From the NCBI GenBank assembly GCA_965224465.1, contig OZ245049.1:1620001-1652000 (forward strand): 32,000 nucleotides of DNA, read 5' to 3'. The translations under genes were made by a program, and so were the position numbers. Of this stretch, positions 17,191-27,386 are shown one piece after another (within the stretch, counting starts at the first letter, position 1; every line of letters begins with the position of its first letter). The notes below the pieces were generated by a model. It saw only the letters and a program-made list of their open reading frames with translations, was not told the origin of the DNA and searched no databases. This DNA is from Flavobacteriaceae bacterium. Lineage in GTDB: Bacteria; Bacteroidota; Bacteroidia; Flavobacteriales; Flavobacteriaceae.

Positions 17191-18394
17191 CGCTCGTTTT
17201 TTTTAGTTGCTGAATTATTCCATATACTATTGCAGCTACTACAATCCCCAATACATATTTTATTTCTGAAGACATAAATAGCATTATTAAGACACCAATA
17301 CCCCATGAAAAAATTCCTACCCAATTAAATTTCTCTGTATTTTCTTTAAATGTTTTTGAGATATAAAAATCAGAAATCATAACTCCTGCAATGGGTGTAA
17401 TGGTAATTGTTAATATATTAATAAAGCTGGTAAAGCTCGATAACACGCCAATTGCAGCAATAATAACACCTACCAAACCAACAAGTAACGTAGTTTTGGA
17501 ACGTGCATCATTTTTAAGACTAAAAAGATTTAGAAAGGCCAATCCTGAGGAATATATATTCATAACATTAGACGTCCAAGTAGCAAGAATAAGTATGGAC
17601 ATGGCTAAAAAAGGAAAGCCTAAGGAGGAAAATATTTCCACAATATCATAGGTAGATTGTGTAATTGCAAAAACAGCTCCAATTGCCAACAAACATAATG
17701 CGGAAGGTATCACCCCTATAATAGACCCTAAAACAGCATCCTTTTTTGTAGCGGCAAAACGGTTATAATCTGGAGAGATTACACCTCCCACCGATATAAA
17801 ACCAATTGTAAATCCTATTGCTCTAAAAATAGACATGTTATTTTCTGGAACAAAATTTAAAATATCCTGAAAACTATGTGTTTGAAATGTGATTACCAAA
17901 CCATAGGCAAGTAAAAGTATAATCCCAGGTACAGCAAGATAATTAAGCCATTTTAAATATTTAAAACCAAAAACAGAGGTAGTCACCATAATTACCCCCC
18001 AAAAAACAGAGGATATCCAAACGGGAATTTCTGTACCATTAATTTCAACTATTATTTTTGAGAACGATACTCCTGCTATATTAGTTTGAATCCCAAACCA
18101 GCCCAAGGTGGATAAGCCAATAACCAATCCTACAATAATTTTAGCGCCTAATTCTCCAAAACTGCTGGAGGCTAATGAGACTGTTGTCATTCTTTTTTCT
18201 ACAGCAGCAATGCTCAATAAAGACATGAAAAACACCACAAAACAAAAGCCTATTAAGCCCACAAAAAGGGCCTTATAAAAAGTAAGCGAAGCAATTAATG
18301 TACTTCCTATCAATAAGGCAGGTATACTAACAATTCCCCCAAACCAAATACTAGCAAGACTATACCATTTGGTCGTATATTTTTCTGTTTCCAT
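17177..18394 (-). CDS. NCS1-type purine/cytosine (nucleobase-cation symporter) permease
   Basis: 405 aa, about 12 hydrophobic segments. The N-terminal WYSLASIWFGGIVSIPALLIG resembles CodB-like permeases. Confidence 0.75.
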   Translation of the reverse strand: METEKYTTKWYSLASIWFGGIVSIPALLIGSTLIASLTFYKALFVGLIGFCFVVFFMSLLSIAAVEKRMTTVSLASSSFGELGAKIIVGLVIGLSTLGWFGIQTNIAGVSFSKIIVEINGTEIPVWISSVFWGVIMVTTSVFGFKYLKWLNYLAVPGIILLLAYGLVITFQTHSFQDILNFVPENNMSIFRAIGFTIGFISVGGVISPDYNRFAATKKDAVLGSIIGVIPSALCLLAIGAVFAITQSTYDIVEIFSSLGFPFLAMSILILATWTSNVMNIYSSGLAFLNLFSLKNDARSKTTLLVGLVGVIIAAIGVLSSFTSFINILTITITPIAGVMISDFYISKTFKENTEKFNWVGIFSWGIGVLIMLFMSSEIKYVLGIVVAAIVYGIIQQLKKTSDETN

Positions 18395-18397
18395 AAT

Positions 18398-18721
18398 TTA
18401 TTGTTTAATTAAGGTATACATAAGACGAGTATCTTCCAATACATTTCCAGCCTGCGCCTCCAATGCTTTTATATACACCACATCTCCTGCATGTAAATAC
18501 CCTTTTACTGTTCCATCCTCAGAAAGCATTTCTATTTTCCCTTCCTGAATAACAGATATTTCATGACTTGGATTTTTAGTAAAACCTTGAGCAGGAATAC
18601 GTGTTCCTTTTTTTAGAAATACCGTCCCGAATTGAAATTCTACCTGTTTGTTTGTGATGTGAAAAAGCAATTTATTATAATGCTCTTCAGGAGACGGATA
18701 GGTAATTTTCTTTTTGTTCAT
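18398..18721 (-). CDS. Small cupin-domain protein
   Basis: 107 aa with a cupin-like core (G..IP...HSHE-like PSHEISVIQEG....G..V.I). It ends 3 nt before the permease start. Confidence 0.55.
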   Translation of the reverse strand: MNKKKITYPSPEEHYNKLLFHITNKQVEFQFGTVFLKKGTRIPAQGFTKNPSHEISVIQEGKIEMLSEDGTVKGYLHAGDVVYIKALEAQAGNVLEDTRLMYTLIKQ

Positions 18722-18769
18722 CCTCTTATCTATTTGTGTATTTATAATTTAAACAGCCCTCTCTTTCCG

Positions 18770-19564
18770 TTACTTAACAATGATTCTATTTCCGAAAACT
18801 TCTGCTTCAGAAAACAACGAAAATTGTTTCAACTCGACTTCCAAAGGACCTTTACAACTCCATTTACGGGAAGGCTTCCATCCATAATTATTTTTAAGCA
18901 TTGCGGCTTGCTCCGCCTGTTTAAGCGCTGCTAATGAAGGATCTATTACAGGCACGTCTAGTGCTTCCTGTAATTTTCTGTAAAATCCAAACTCAAGTGT
19001 ACAGCCCAAAATTATAGCTTCCGCACAATCATCTTGAATTGCTTTTTTTGCAGCTTCCATCAACTTTTGAGCGGTTACTTCATGGTCTTTTTGAAATTCC
19101 GTAACAGACATATCTACACTTCTAAACGATGCCAGTTGCGCTTCGTAGCCGTATTCTTTAATGGTCGTGTGCATTTCGTGTTCCCATTTCTTTTGCCCTA
19201 TGATTACAGAAAATTTATTCGACAATTTTAAGGCGATTTCGATCGAGGATTGGCAAGGACCTAAAACCACCATCTCACCAGATATCTCACGTGCAGCCAA
19301 CAATAAAGGATCGTAAAAACAACCAATAATCATCGCATCAAACCCTTCTTCAGCAGCACGCCTTGTCGCTTTAATTAGCGCTGAGGAAATCAATGCATTA
19401 TAAGTTCTATACTCCAAATTATCCATCAATCCAACACTGGAAGGAAGGGAAGCTACATGCACTTCCGTTCCTTCCAATTTTTCTTTTCGAAACATCTCGG
19501 CAAAAAATGCATCATAGGTATTGAACCCAACGGGATTCAAATACAATATTTTCACAGTACCCAT
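18770..19564 (-). CDS. Asp/Glu/hydantoin racemase-family protein
   Basis: 264 aa. IIGCFYDP and IILGCT segments are placed like the two catalytic Cys boxes of hydantoin/Asp-Glu racemases. The start overlaps the hyuB stop by 1 nt. Confidence 0.7.
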   Translation of the reverse strand: MGTVKILYLNPVGFNTYDAFFAEMFRKEKLEGTEVHVASLPSSVGLMDNLEYRTYNALISSALIKATRRAAEEGFDAMIIGCFYDPLLLAAREISGEMVVLGPCQSSIEIALKLSNKFSVIIGQKKWEHEMHTTIKEYGYEAQLASFRSVDMSVTEFQKDHEVTAQKLMEAAKKAIQDDCAEAIILGCTLEFGFYRKLQEALDVPVIDPSLAALKQAEQAAMLKNNYGWKPSRKWSCKGPLEVELKQFSLFSEAEVFGNRIIVK

Positions 19565-21231
19565 TATACATTTAAATTATAGAATTCTTTTGCCTCTTCC
19601 TTGCTGATATATCCGTTTTTAACATCCAACAGCACTTGCTCTTTATTCCTGTTTTTAGGCGCACCATATCCACCACCAGTTGCCGTAACACAACGTACAA
19701 TATCTCCTTTTTCTAAATAAATATTAGTCCCCAAACAATGCCTTGTTTTAGTCCCATCCTTTTTTCTGATTTGAAAATAGTTATAAGAACCATCATGTCC
19801 TCCATTCATTCCCCATGTTTTGGTTTTCTCCCCTAAAAAAGCTGCTGTTAGGTAGGCGCCATCAGACATAATTTTATAATCTAAATACTGTCCACTCCCT
19901 CCTTGAAACTCACCATAACCACCCCCTTCATTATGAAAGGCATATTGTTCTACTTGAATTCCATACCGCATTTCTCTAATTTCGATCGGAATGTTGTAGG
20001 ACTCTCCACTCCCACAGGATAGTTGCCCTCTGTTTCCGTCGTGGGTCGCAGCAGCACCCCAGCCACCAGCCAATGGTTCTGCCTGAATGTAAAATTGCCC
20101 TGTATCTGGATGGGTTCCAGAAATAAAAGTGGCGCAAACCGATCTCATGTGTCCCGCAGGTAATTTATCTGGAATTAATGGCGCCAATATCTTCCATATC
20201 AAATCGATGGAAGTAATCAGTACTTCATAGTAGACTGATACTGCCGAAGGTGCTTGTGCACTCACAATAGTTCCTGGATCACAAAGCACCTTCATCGGTC
20301 TAAAAGCCCCTCCATTTGCATCCATTTGTGGAGTGGTAATGGCTTTAAATAAACTCCTACAACCAGTCACCAATCCACTATAAGACAAATTTGTTGCTCC
20401 TTTAACTTGCGGGTGTGACCCATTAAAATCTGCAATAAACTCTGTATCCGTAACTGTAATTGTTGCTTTTATAGGAAAAGGTCCCTCTCCGAAACCATTA
20501 TCCTCAATTATTGATTCTCCTTTATAAACACCATTTGGAATCTCTTTTAAAGCTTCAATACACATGCGTTCACCATACGCTAAAAAATCAAGTATCGCTT
20601 TTTTATAAATTGATAAACCATATTTATCAATAATAGATATCACCCGTTTTGCGCCCACTTCTGCGGCCGCAATCCCCGCATACAAATCACCTAATGTACT
20701 GTCTGGTAAACGTACATTCACTTTAATCAAATCTACAATAGCATCATTTATAACACCTTCTGACTTAATTTTGATAAAAGGAAAATGCAATCCTTCTTGG
20801 TAAATTTCTGTAGCAACGGTAGATACCGACCCAGGAAACGTCCCTCCAAGTTCTGTCCAGTGAGCTTTATTCACCGTAAAAGCCACCAATTCTTTTTTAT
20901 AAAAAACAGGGTAGATAATAGAAACATCTGAAAGATGCGTACCACCACCAGCATAGGGCGTATTCGCAATTACAATATCGCCTTCTTTTAGAGCCCTATC
21001 GCCTGTAAATTTTTCTAATGTAGCAGTAACCACAGCGTCCAAAGCAGCTAAAAATGCAGTAACACCATTTCCTTGCGCCAATAACTCTCCGCGTATATTT
21101 GTGATTCCTACAGCATAATCCAAGGATTCATAAATAATAGGACTCATACTGGTACGCTCCATAGTCTTAAACATCTCATCTCCTGCTGCCACAAGGGCAT
21201 CCTGAATTATTTCTAAGGTAAATTTTTCCAT
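19564..21231 (-). CDS. hyuB: Hydantoinase B / 5-oxoprolinase B-type subunit
   Basis: The N-terminus LEIIQDALVAAGDEMF...MERTSMSPIIYESLDYAVG is typical of the Hydantoinase_B family. 555 aa. The start overlaps the hyuA stop by 1 nt. Confidence 0.85.
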   Translation of the reverse strand: MEKFTLEIIQDALVAAGDEMFKTMERTSMSPIIYESLDYAVGITNIRGELLAQGNGVTAFLAALDAVVTATLEKFTGDRALKEGDIVIANTPYAGGGTHLSDVSIIYPVFYKKELVAFTVNKAHWTELGGTFPGSVSTVATEIYQEGLHFPFIKIKSEGVINDAIVDLIKVNVRLPDSTLGDLYAGIAAAEVGAKRVISIIDKYGLSIYKKAILDFLAYGERMCIEALKEIPNGVYKGESIIEDNGFGEGPFPIKATITVTDTEFIADFNGSHPQVKGATNLSYSGLVTGCRSLFKAITTPQMDANGGAFRPMKVLCDPGTIVSAQAPSAVSVYYEVLITSIDLIWKILAPLIPDKLPAGHMRSVCATFISGTHPDTGQFYIQAEPLAGGWGAAATHDGNRGQLSCGSGESYNIPIEIREMRYGIQVEQYAFHNEGGGYGEFQGGSGQYLDYKIMSDGAYLTAAFLGEKTKTWGMNGGHDGSYNYFQIRKKDGTKTRHCLGTNIYLEKGDIVRCVTATGGGYGAPKNRNKEQVLLDVKNGYISKEEAKEFYNLNV

Positions 21232-23297
21232 TATAAGCTGTCTTTAATTGTTAAAATTAGATTTCCATATACATCTATATGTACATCATGAACTGGAGAA
21301 ACAACTGTTGTTGTCGCTTTTTCAGCAATAATCGCGGGGCCTTGAATGCGCATGTCTGTTTCTAATAAATGACGGTGATAAAAAGGAGTCTCCTGTTTTC
21401 CTAGGTCGTCAAAATCAACCTCTCTGACATCAAAAATAGCCGCTTCAACTTTCTTCCCACTAGGCTCTTGCTTTGGAAAATCTGGTTTGTCCACAAAAAC
21501 TTCCGCTACTAAGTGAAAATTCACCAATTCTACAGCGGTCTCTAATTCAAAAGAAAATTGCTTTTTATGTTCCTTATGAAAATGTGTAATAATACTCTCC
21601 AATGATGTGTTTTCTGAAAAATATTCCAATACTACTTTCACATAATGTTCTTGCCCTGCATATCTTAAATCTACATAATAGCTAAATTTAATCTCCTCTT
21701 TTTTGTAATTATCCAACTGAAAATTACCGATGGCTTCCAATTCAATTTCCAAAAATACAGCTTGAATCACTTGTAATTTTTCTGGAATTAACGTGAGAAC
21801 ATTGGTGCGAATATAATCTCTCCTAATATCAGACATTAACATTCCAAAGGCAGAAAACACCCCTGCATTCAAAGGAACAATCAATTCTTTTACTTGTAAC
21901 TCTCTTGCCAAATCAGCACCATGCATGGCTCCTCCTCCACCTATTACCATCAGCGTAAAATCTCTCGGATCATACCCTTTATTCACGGATATTAATTTTA
22001 AAGCGTTGATCATATTGGCATTGGCAACACGTATTATTCCTTTTGCAACATCCTCTTTACTTGCATTTAAACGGGAACAGATTTCTATAGATGCATGGTC
22101 TATACTTTCCATATCTGGAAGTAACTCACCTCCTAAAAAATAATCAGGATGCATTCTACCTGTAATAATATTAGCATCTGTAGTTGTTAACTGATTTCCC
22201 CCTTTCCCATAAGCAGCAGGACCAGGGACAGCACCAGAACTTTTAGGCCCCACATGCATTTTACCACCTGCATCAACCCAAGCAATACTTCCTCCTCCAT
22301 TACCAATTTCTACAATATCAATTACTGGAGTCTGGATAGGATAGCCTGCCTGAGTCCGTGAATGCTCAATCTTATAATTGGTCGTTATTTTTACTTGTCC
22401 ATCTTTTACCAATGCACATTTAGCTGTAGTTCCACCAATATCCAAGACCAACAAATCTGTTCTCCCTATCACTTTACCTAAAGCTATTGCACCAAAAACA
22501 CCACTTGCAGGGCCCGATTCTACCATGGTAATCGGGTTCTTTTTTACATCATTCACAGAAGTAATCCCTCCATTTGACTGCATGATAAAAGGCGGGTTTT
22601 TGAGTCCATTTTCCTTAAGTTTCCGTTCTAAATCAATCAAATATCTCTTAGCAATCGGCAATACATAAGCAGACAATACGGTACTACTCGTACGCTCATA
22701 CTCTCGCCATTCCCTAGTCACTTGATGAGAAGCAATCAATTCAACTTCTGGATACATTTCTTTCATTTTTTTAAACAACAATTGCTCATGTAACGGGTTT
22801 TTATACGCATGCAATAAACAGATTGCAATGGCTTCCACTCCTTCTTCCTTACACGTATTTATAATCTTACTTAATTGATCAAATTTTAAAGCAGATACTA
22901 CTTCTCCTTTATAATTCATCCGTTCGGCGACTTCAAAACGTAAATATCTAGGCACAAAGGGAGCTTGTTTTATAAAATTGAAATTAAAAAGGTCAGGCCT
23001 ATTACAGCGTGCAATTTCTAAAACATCTCTAAACCCCTTTGTAGTGATTAACGCCGTTTTAGCACCTTTACGCTCTGTCAATGCATTTATTACAACGGTA
23101 GTACCATGAGCAAAAAAATCTATGTTTTTAAGTTTTATAGCTCCTTTTTTGATTGTATTTAAAATTCCTTCTTCAAAATTTAAAGGAGTTGTGTCGGATT
23201 TTGCTACTTTTACACCAATAGGCTTGCCTGTTATTTTATCAAATTCTAGGCATACAAGGTCTGTAAAAGTCCCGCCTATATCTGTTGCGACTCTCAT
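21231..23297 (-). CDS. hyuA: Hydantoinase A / 5-oxoprolinase A-type subunit
   Basis: MRVATDIGGTFTDLV, HGTTVVINAL.ERKG, and a second LDIGGTTAKCAL motif. 688 aa, the usual Hydant_A_N plus Hydantoinase_A architecture. Confidence 0.85.
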   Translation of the reverse strand: MRVATDIGGTFTDLVCLEFDKITGKPIGVKVAKSDTTPLNFEEGILNTIKKGAIKLKNIDFFAHGTTVVINALTERKGAKTALITTKGFRDVLEIARCNRPDLFNFNFIKQAPFVPRYLRFEVAERMNYKGEVVSALKFDQLSKIINTCKEEGVEAIAICLLHAYKNPLHEQLLFKKMKEMYPEVELIASHQVTREWREYERTSSTVLSAYVLPIAKRYLIDLERKLKENGLKNPPFIMQSNGGITSVNDVKKNPITMVESGPASGVFGAIALGKVIGRTDLLVLDIGGTTAKCALVKDGQVKITTNYKIEHSRTQAGYPIQTPVIDIVEIGNGGGSIAWVDAGGKMHVGPKSSGAVPGPAAYGKGGNQLTTTDANIITGRMHPDYFLGGELLPDMESIDHASIEICSRLNASKEDVAKGIIRVANANMINALKLISVNKGYDPRDFTLMVIGGGGAMHGADLARELQVKELIVPLNAGVFSAFGMLMSDIRRDYIRTNVLTLIPEKLQVIQAVFLEIELEAIGNFQLDNYKKEEIKFSYYVDLRYAGQEHYVKVVLEYFSENTSLESIITHFHKEHKKQFSFELETAVELVNFHLVAEVFVDKPDFPKQEPSGKKVEAAIFDVREVDFDDLGKQETPFYHRHLLETDMRIQGPAIIAEKATTTVVSPVHDVHIDVYGNLILTIKDSL

Positions 23298-23321
23298 ATT
23301 ATAATTGTTTTATCTGTTGTT

Positions 23322-23351
23322 AAAAAAACCACTAAAAGTACAATCAGTGGC
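23322..23351 (-). terminator. Weak terminator or attenuator-like hairpin between the receptor gene and hyuA
   Basis: The minus strand reads GCCACT-N12-AGTGGT followed by T7. The stem is short, so this is tentative. Confidence 0.3.
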
Positions 23352-23405
23352 TTAAGATTCACTTAAACTATTAATGCATTACTAATAAATTAGAAAAACC
23401 ATCTT

Positions 23406-25757
23406 TTAAAATTTGTACGATAGATCCACACCAAACATGGCGGGATTTCCTTTCCAAACTAAATCTGATCCTCCATTTGAAAATGGCTGTCCAAAATATT
23501 CTGTAATATATTGTTGATCTAAAATATTCTTCCCCCATACGGTGAAAGTAACAGCATTAAAGGTCAATCCCATCCGTGCATTTAACAGGTTGTATCCAGC
23601 AGAAGAAGCTGCATTATCCTCATGCCAATAAATTTGTCCCGTTCCTTTTAGATGGACACCTGCATTAAAAATAATTTTCTCCGTTATATTAAATTTAGAC
23701 TCCAATCCCACAGAAAAACTACGCTGTGGTATTAGCGGAGTATTCATCCCTGAAACATCAAAGCTAGCATTCGGAGCAACACTATACGTAGAAGTGCCTT
23801 CAACAATCTTAGACTTACTCACCCCATAACTCGCAATAACATCAAGATATTTAGAAGGACGTAATTTTAAATCAACCTCAAAACCATAAGATTTACTTTT
23901 TTCAAAATTAAAATTCCCAATCAATATATTTCCGCCTCCATCAATAATTAAGGCATATTGTTGCTGATCGGTAAAATCAATATAATACATAGACATATTT
24001 AAAATAAGACGGTTATTCCAGTAGTTATTTTTAATACCAAACTCAAAATTATCTGTAATTTCTGCTCTAAAATCAGCATCAAAACGAATGGTTTTACCTT
24101 GGTTAAATCCACCATTTCTATAACCTCTTCCATAATTGGCATACATCATCATATTATCAGTTGCCTTTAATGCCAACGATAATTTAGGTTGCAATTGCGC
24201 ATCTGTTTTAGAAAAATTTGTTTTTGAAGTTCTATTATCCTGCGTTATTTTATCCTGATCATATCGCAATCCAGCAGAAATAGTGAATTTATCCGACACC
24301 TTAAAATCAGCAAAACCAAAAACTGCCACCGTATTATACGTATTTGTAAAATCGGAAACCGCAAAATCAGATTGTGTTCCTGTAGGAGCATAAGGAGGGG
24401 CAAAAAAACCAAAATCAGCGGTTGCCTTTGTATAAAGTAATCTATCAGACACTTGATAAAAACCACCTAAATCCCAATTAAATTTTGAAGATCCTTGATT
24501 TATAGAACTCAATTTCAACTCTTGGTTAATGGTTTTTGTATTACTATCTTGAATTTGTCTTAAAATATCTGCAGGACCAAAATCTAAGTCTCCAACATGA
24601 TTCCGATCACTCTTATTATAGGATGTAGAAGACACTAATTTTACCTTGTCAAATTTGAAATCTACTTTCAAATTCCCGTACACTCCCTTTAAGCTCGAAA
24701 CTCCAAACTGATCTCCAACAACTTGTTGATTGTCAAAATCATCCGGATCATAAGTACTCCCATTCACCGCAGTTGCAGAATAAACAGCCCCTCCTTTAAC
24801 ATCATTAAATTGCCCCGTAATAGTAGCCGTAATGTTATCTGACAATTTGGATTTAATCTGTGCACGCATCGTCAAGTCTTCTATAAAATCAACAGGTTTA
24901 TTCAGTGTTAAATTTTCAATAACCCCATCCCCTTTTTTATAAGAACCAGAAATCCTATAATACAATTTATCTTTCACCAAAGGTCCTGTAGATGAAAGTT
25001 GTGCTTTCATTTCATTACCACTAGCAACTCCTAATTTTAACTTATTTCTAAAACTATTTGTCGGTTGTTGTGTGGTGATATTAATTGCTCCAGCAATTGC
25101 ATTTTTACCATACAAAGCACCTTGAGGACCTTTTACAATTTCGATCATTGCCAAATCAAATAATTCCTGATTAATCATATTCGCATCTGGCAGTGTAACA
25201 CCATCTATTACAAAAGCAATGGGAGAATCTCCATTTCTAATATGTGAAATACCTCTTACTGTAATAAAATTATTCCCCACATTTTGAGACGTACTAAAAT
25301 TAACATTAGGAATATAATCGGAAAATGTCGCCAAATTTGTAATCCCTTTATCTTCTATGTCCTCAGAAGTTAATGTGACCACAGACTCTGGAATCCCTTG
25401 TACAGACTCCGCTCTTCTTCTAGCTTGTCCTATTACACCCGCAAAACCTTGGACAATTACTTCTCTTAACTGAGCCGCATCTTCCTTAAGTAAAATAGAA
25501 AATGTGGATTTTGATGCTATGTTAATTTCTTTTGAATGATAGCCCACAAACGAAATAATTAAAACATTCCCTTGAGCAGGCGTTTTTATTACAAAATTCC
25601 CGTCAAAATCTGTGACAGCACCAATGGACGTACCTTTAATTTTAATGGTAGCACCCGGCAAAGGTCCCTCTGCCGACTTAACAATTCCTGAGATTGTCCT
25701 TTGTCCGAAACTAAGCAACGGAAGAAAAAACAATGCGAATAAAATTTTCTTAATCAT
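23406..25757 (-). CDS. TonB-dependent outer-membrane receptor with an N-terminal carboxypeptidase-regulatory-like domain
   Basis: Signal peptide, then ISGIVKSAEGPLPGATIKIKGTSIGAVTDFDGNF (CarboxypepD_reg-like), a plug domain, a beta-barrel, and a terminal aromatic residue (..DLSYKF). 783 aa. No SusD-like partner is adjacent. Confidence 0.9.
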   Translation of the reverse strand: MIKKILFALFFLPLLSFGQRTISGIVKSAEGPLPGATIKIKGTSIGAVTDFDGNFVIKTPAQGNVLIISFVGYHSKEINIASKSTFSILLKEDAAQLREVIVQGFAGVIGQARRRAESVQGIPESVVTLTSEDIEDKGITNLATFSDYIPNVNFSTSQNVGNNFITVRGISHIRNGDSPIAFVIDGVTLPDANMINQELFDLAMIEIVKGPQGALYGKNAIAGAINITTQQPTNSFRNKLKLGVASGNEMKAQLSSTGPLVKDKLYYRISGSYKKGDGVIENLTLNKPVDFIEDLTMRAQIKSKLSDNITATITGQFNDVKGGAVYSATAVNGSTYDPDDFDNQQVVGDQFGVSSLKGVYGNLKVDFKFDKVKLVSSTSYNKSDRNHVGDLDFGPADILRQIQDSNTKTINQELKLSSINQGSSKFNWDLGGFYQVSDRLLYTKATADFGFFAPPYAPTGTQSDFAVSDFTNTYNTVAVFGFADFKVSDKFTISAGLRYDQDKITQDNRTSKTNFSKTDAQLQPKLSLALKATDNMMMYANYGRGYRNGGFNQGKTIRFDADFRAEITDNFEFGIKNNYWNNRLILNMSMYYIDFTDQQQYALIIDGGGNILIGNFNFEKSKSYGFEVDLKLRPSKYLDVIASYGVSKSKIVEGTSTYSVAPNASFDVSGMNTPLIPQRSFSVGLESKFNITEKIIFNAGVHLKGTGQIYWHEDNAASSAGYNLLNARMGLTFNAVTFTVWGKNILDQQYITEYFGQPFSNGGSDLVWKGNPAMFGVDLSYKF

Positions 25758-25871
25758 TTTGATATATGTTAGTTATAGTTTCCGTAAAATTAGACACTTA
25801 GCTCTGTTTATTTTTTACTTCCAATTACTTTATCATATCTTTATATTTCCAATATTAAAATCAGGAAACAA

Positions 25872-27113
25872 ATGGAAAATAAAAACAAACACGATTCTGA
25901 GCAATTGACACTTACTAAGTATTGTTTTCAAAAACTAATAGCAGCAATATTAAATACATTTAAACATAAGCATTCCATTACTACTATTAATGATTCTCAA
26001 CTATTTGGCTTTGGAAATTACAATTTAGAATCCCCTAGCCTACAAAAAGATTTTCAACAATTAACAAAAGGGTATATTAACGGAAAATATTTATACAATA
26101 AAAACAGAGAACAGAAACAAGGAAAACCGATTATTAAAATAAGTAAAGAATATAAACATGTATTTTTTACTTATTTAAACTACACAGGAATTGAGGAATT
26201 CTTAGAATCCGAAATAACTGACCCCTTAGAACATGAACGCCAAAAGGCACTTATAACAACAAACTATTCTAACGAAGACTACCATTATTGCTGTTACTAC
26301 TATGGTGAGGACAGGACAATGACAAAAGGAAAGCTTACCATTTTTAATAACTGGCATACCATAGAATTACAATTTGTATATTTTGATGATAAAAGCCATA
26401 AATACGAATACACATTTTATGGAAGCATTAAAATAAGTGAAGATTTCATACATATAACCACTAAATTTATTGTAAACAACAGTAAAAAAGAAGGCGCAAA
26501 TTTTATATTTTTTGTAGGGAAATCGAATCCAAAAGAACGCCCCTATTTAATTGGCACCTATTCAGGATTTGACAAGTACAATAGAGCCATTGCAGGTAAA
26601 ATAATTTTAAAGAAATTTGAAGGAAAAAAAGAAATGGAAGCTGAGTACGCAACAAAACTAGTAGATCCATTAATCACACAAGAACTACGAAGAGAACGCA
26701 TTATTGTAGAAAGTCAAGTACCAACAAGAGCCGCAAAAATATCAGAAAAAAGTCCCTATGCCTCCTTGTTTTCAAAATTATCTGGAAACTATACGTTTAT
26801 ATTCTACAATTCACAACAAGAAAAAATAGAAACCCTAGCCCTATTAATAGATGCTCGCAGCTATAATATAATGAGTGCTAATAACGACTTAATAATTGAG
26901 AATGATCACGTAAAACTAATGTACAAAGGACAAAGTATCCATCTAGATTTTGAAATATTAGGGATTTCCTTTTTACAAAAAGTAAGCATGTATATCAAAT
27001 CCTATGATTTATTTCACCCCGATAACGAAATAACAGGTCTTTATAGTGGTTTGGATAACAATAACAATCCCGTTTGTGGTGTTGTAAAAATAGCCTTTGT
27101 AAAACAAAAATAG
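25872..27113 (+). CDS. Hypothetical protein, 413 aa, with an apparent internal domain duplication
   Basis: Long ORF with an ATG start, divergent from the receptor gene. I recognise no family. Two segments end in a similar motif: LIGTYSGFDKYNRAIAGKIILKK and ITGLYSGLDNNNNPVCGVVKIAFVK. Confidence 0.7.
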   Translation: MENKNKHDSEQLTLTKYCFQKLIAAILNTFKHKHSITTINDSQLFGFGNYNLESPSLQKDFQQLTKGYINGKYLYNKNREQKQGKPIIKISKEYKHVFFTYLNYTGIEEFLESEITDPLEHERQKALITTNYSNEDYHYCCYYYGEDRTMTKGKLTIFNNWHTIELQFVYFDDKSHKYEYTFYGSIKISEDFIHITTKFIVNNSKKEGANFIFFVGKSNPKERPYLIGTYSGFDKYNRAIAGKIILKKFEGKKEMEAEYATKLVDPLITQELRRERIIVESQVPTRAAKISEKSPYASLFSKLSGNYTFIFYNSQQEKIETLALLIDARSYNIMSANNDLIIENDHVKLMYKGQSIHLDFEILGISFLQKVSMYIKSYDLFHPDNEITGLYSGLDNNNNPVCGVVKIAFVKQK

Positions 27114-27218
27114 ATGATGGCATCTGAGGCACACTTGCAATCCCCTACCTTATAACTAAGAAAATTCAACAATAGCAAATCGCAATTACAAGGAAAGCAA
27201 CAATACACTAAGCTGTGA

Positions 27219-27296
27219 CACCAATTAAAACCCAAAATAACCGATATAAATAATTCCATTTCTAAACCCTCAATTGGAAATGCAGTTGGTATTACA
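27219..27296. repeat. Internally deleted, diverged copy of the 161-bp repeat family (head joined directly to tail)
   Basis: CACCAATTAAAACCCAAAATAACCGATATAAATA is followed directly by ATTCCATTTCTAAACCCTCAATTGGAAATGCAGTTGGTATTACA. Confidence 0.5.
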
Positions 27297-27386
27297 GGTA
27301 TAATTAGACTATTTACGCAAACGTATTCTCAGCCCCAGAAAGCATGACTGATTCCATAGTATCAATACTTATAAAACAACTATTTT

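Noticed and set aside
14759-23304. Antisense ORFs inside the hydantoinase-cluster genes (for example 14759-15007, 16561-17110, 17391-17651, 19034-19231, 21925-22143, 22378-22668, 23122-23304)
   Set aside because: Each lies wholly within a longer, family-recognisable gene on the opposite strand. These are typical shadow ORFs.
23406-25757. The TonB-dependent receptor as part of a SusC/SusD polysaccharide utilisation locus
   Set aside because: No SusD-like lipoprotein gene is adjacent on either side, and the neighbours are small-molecule amide-ring enzymes rather than glycoside hydrolases.
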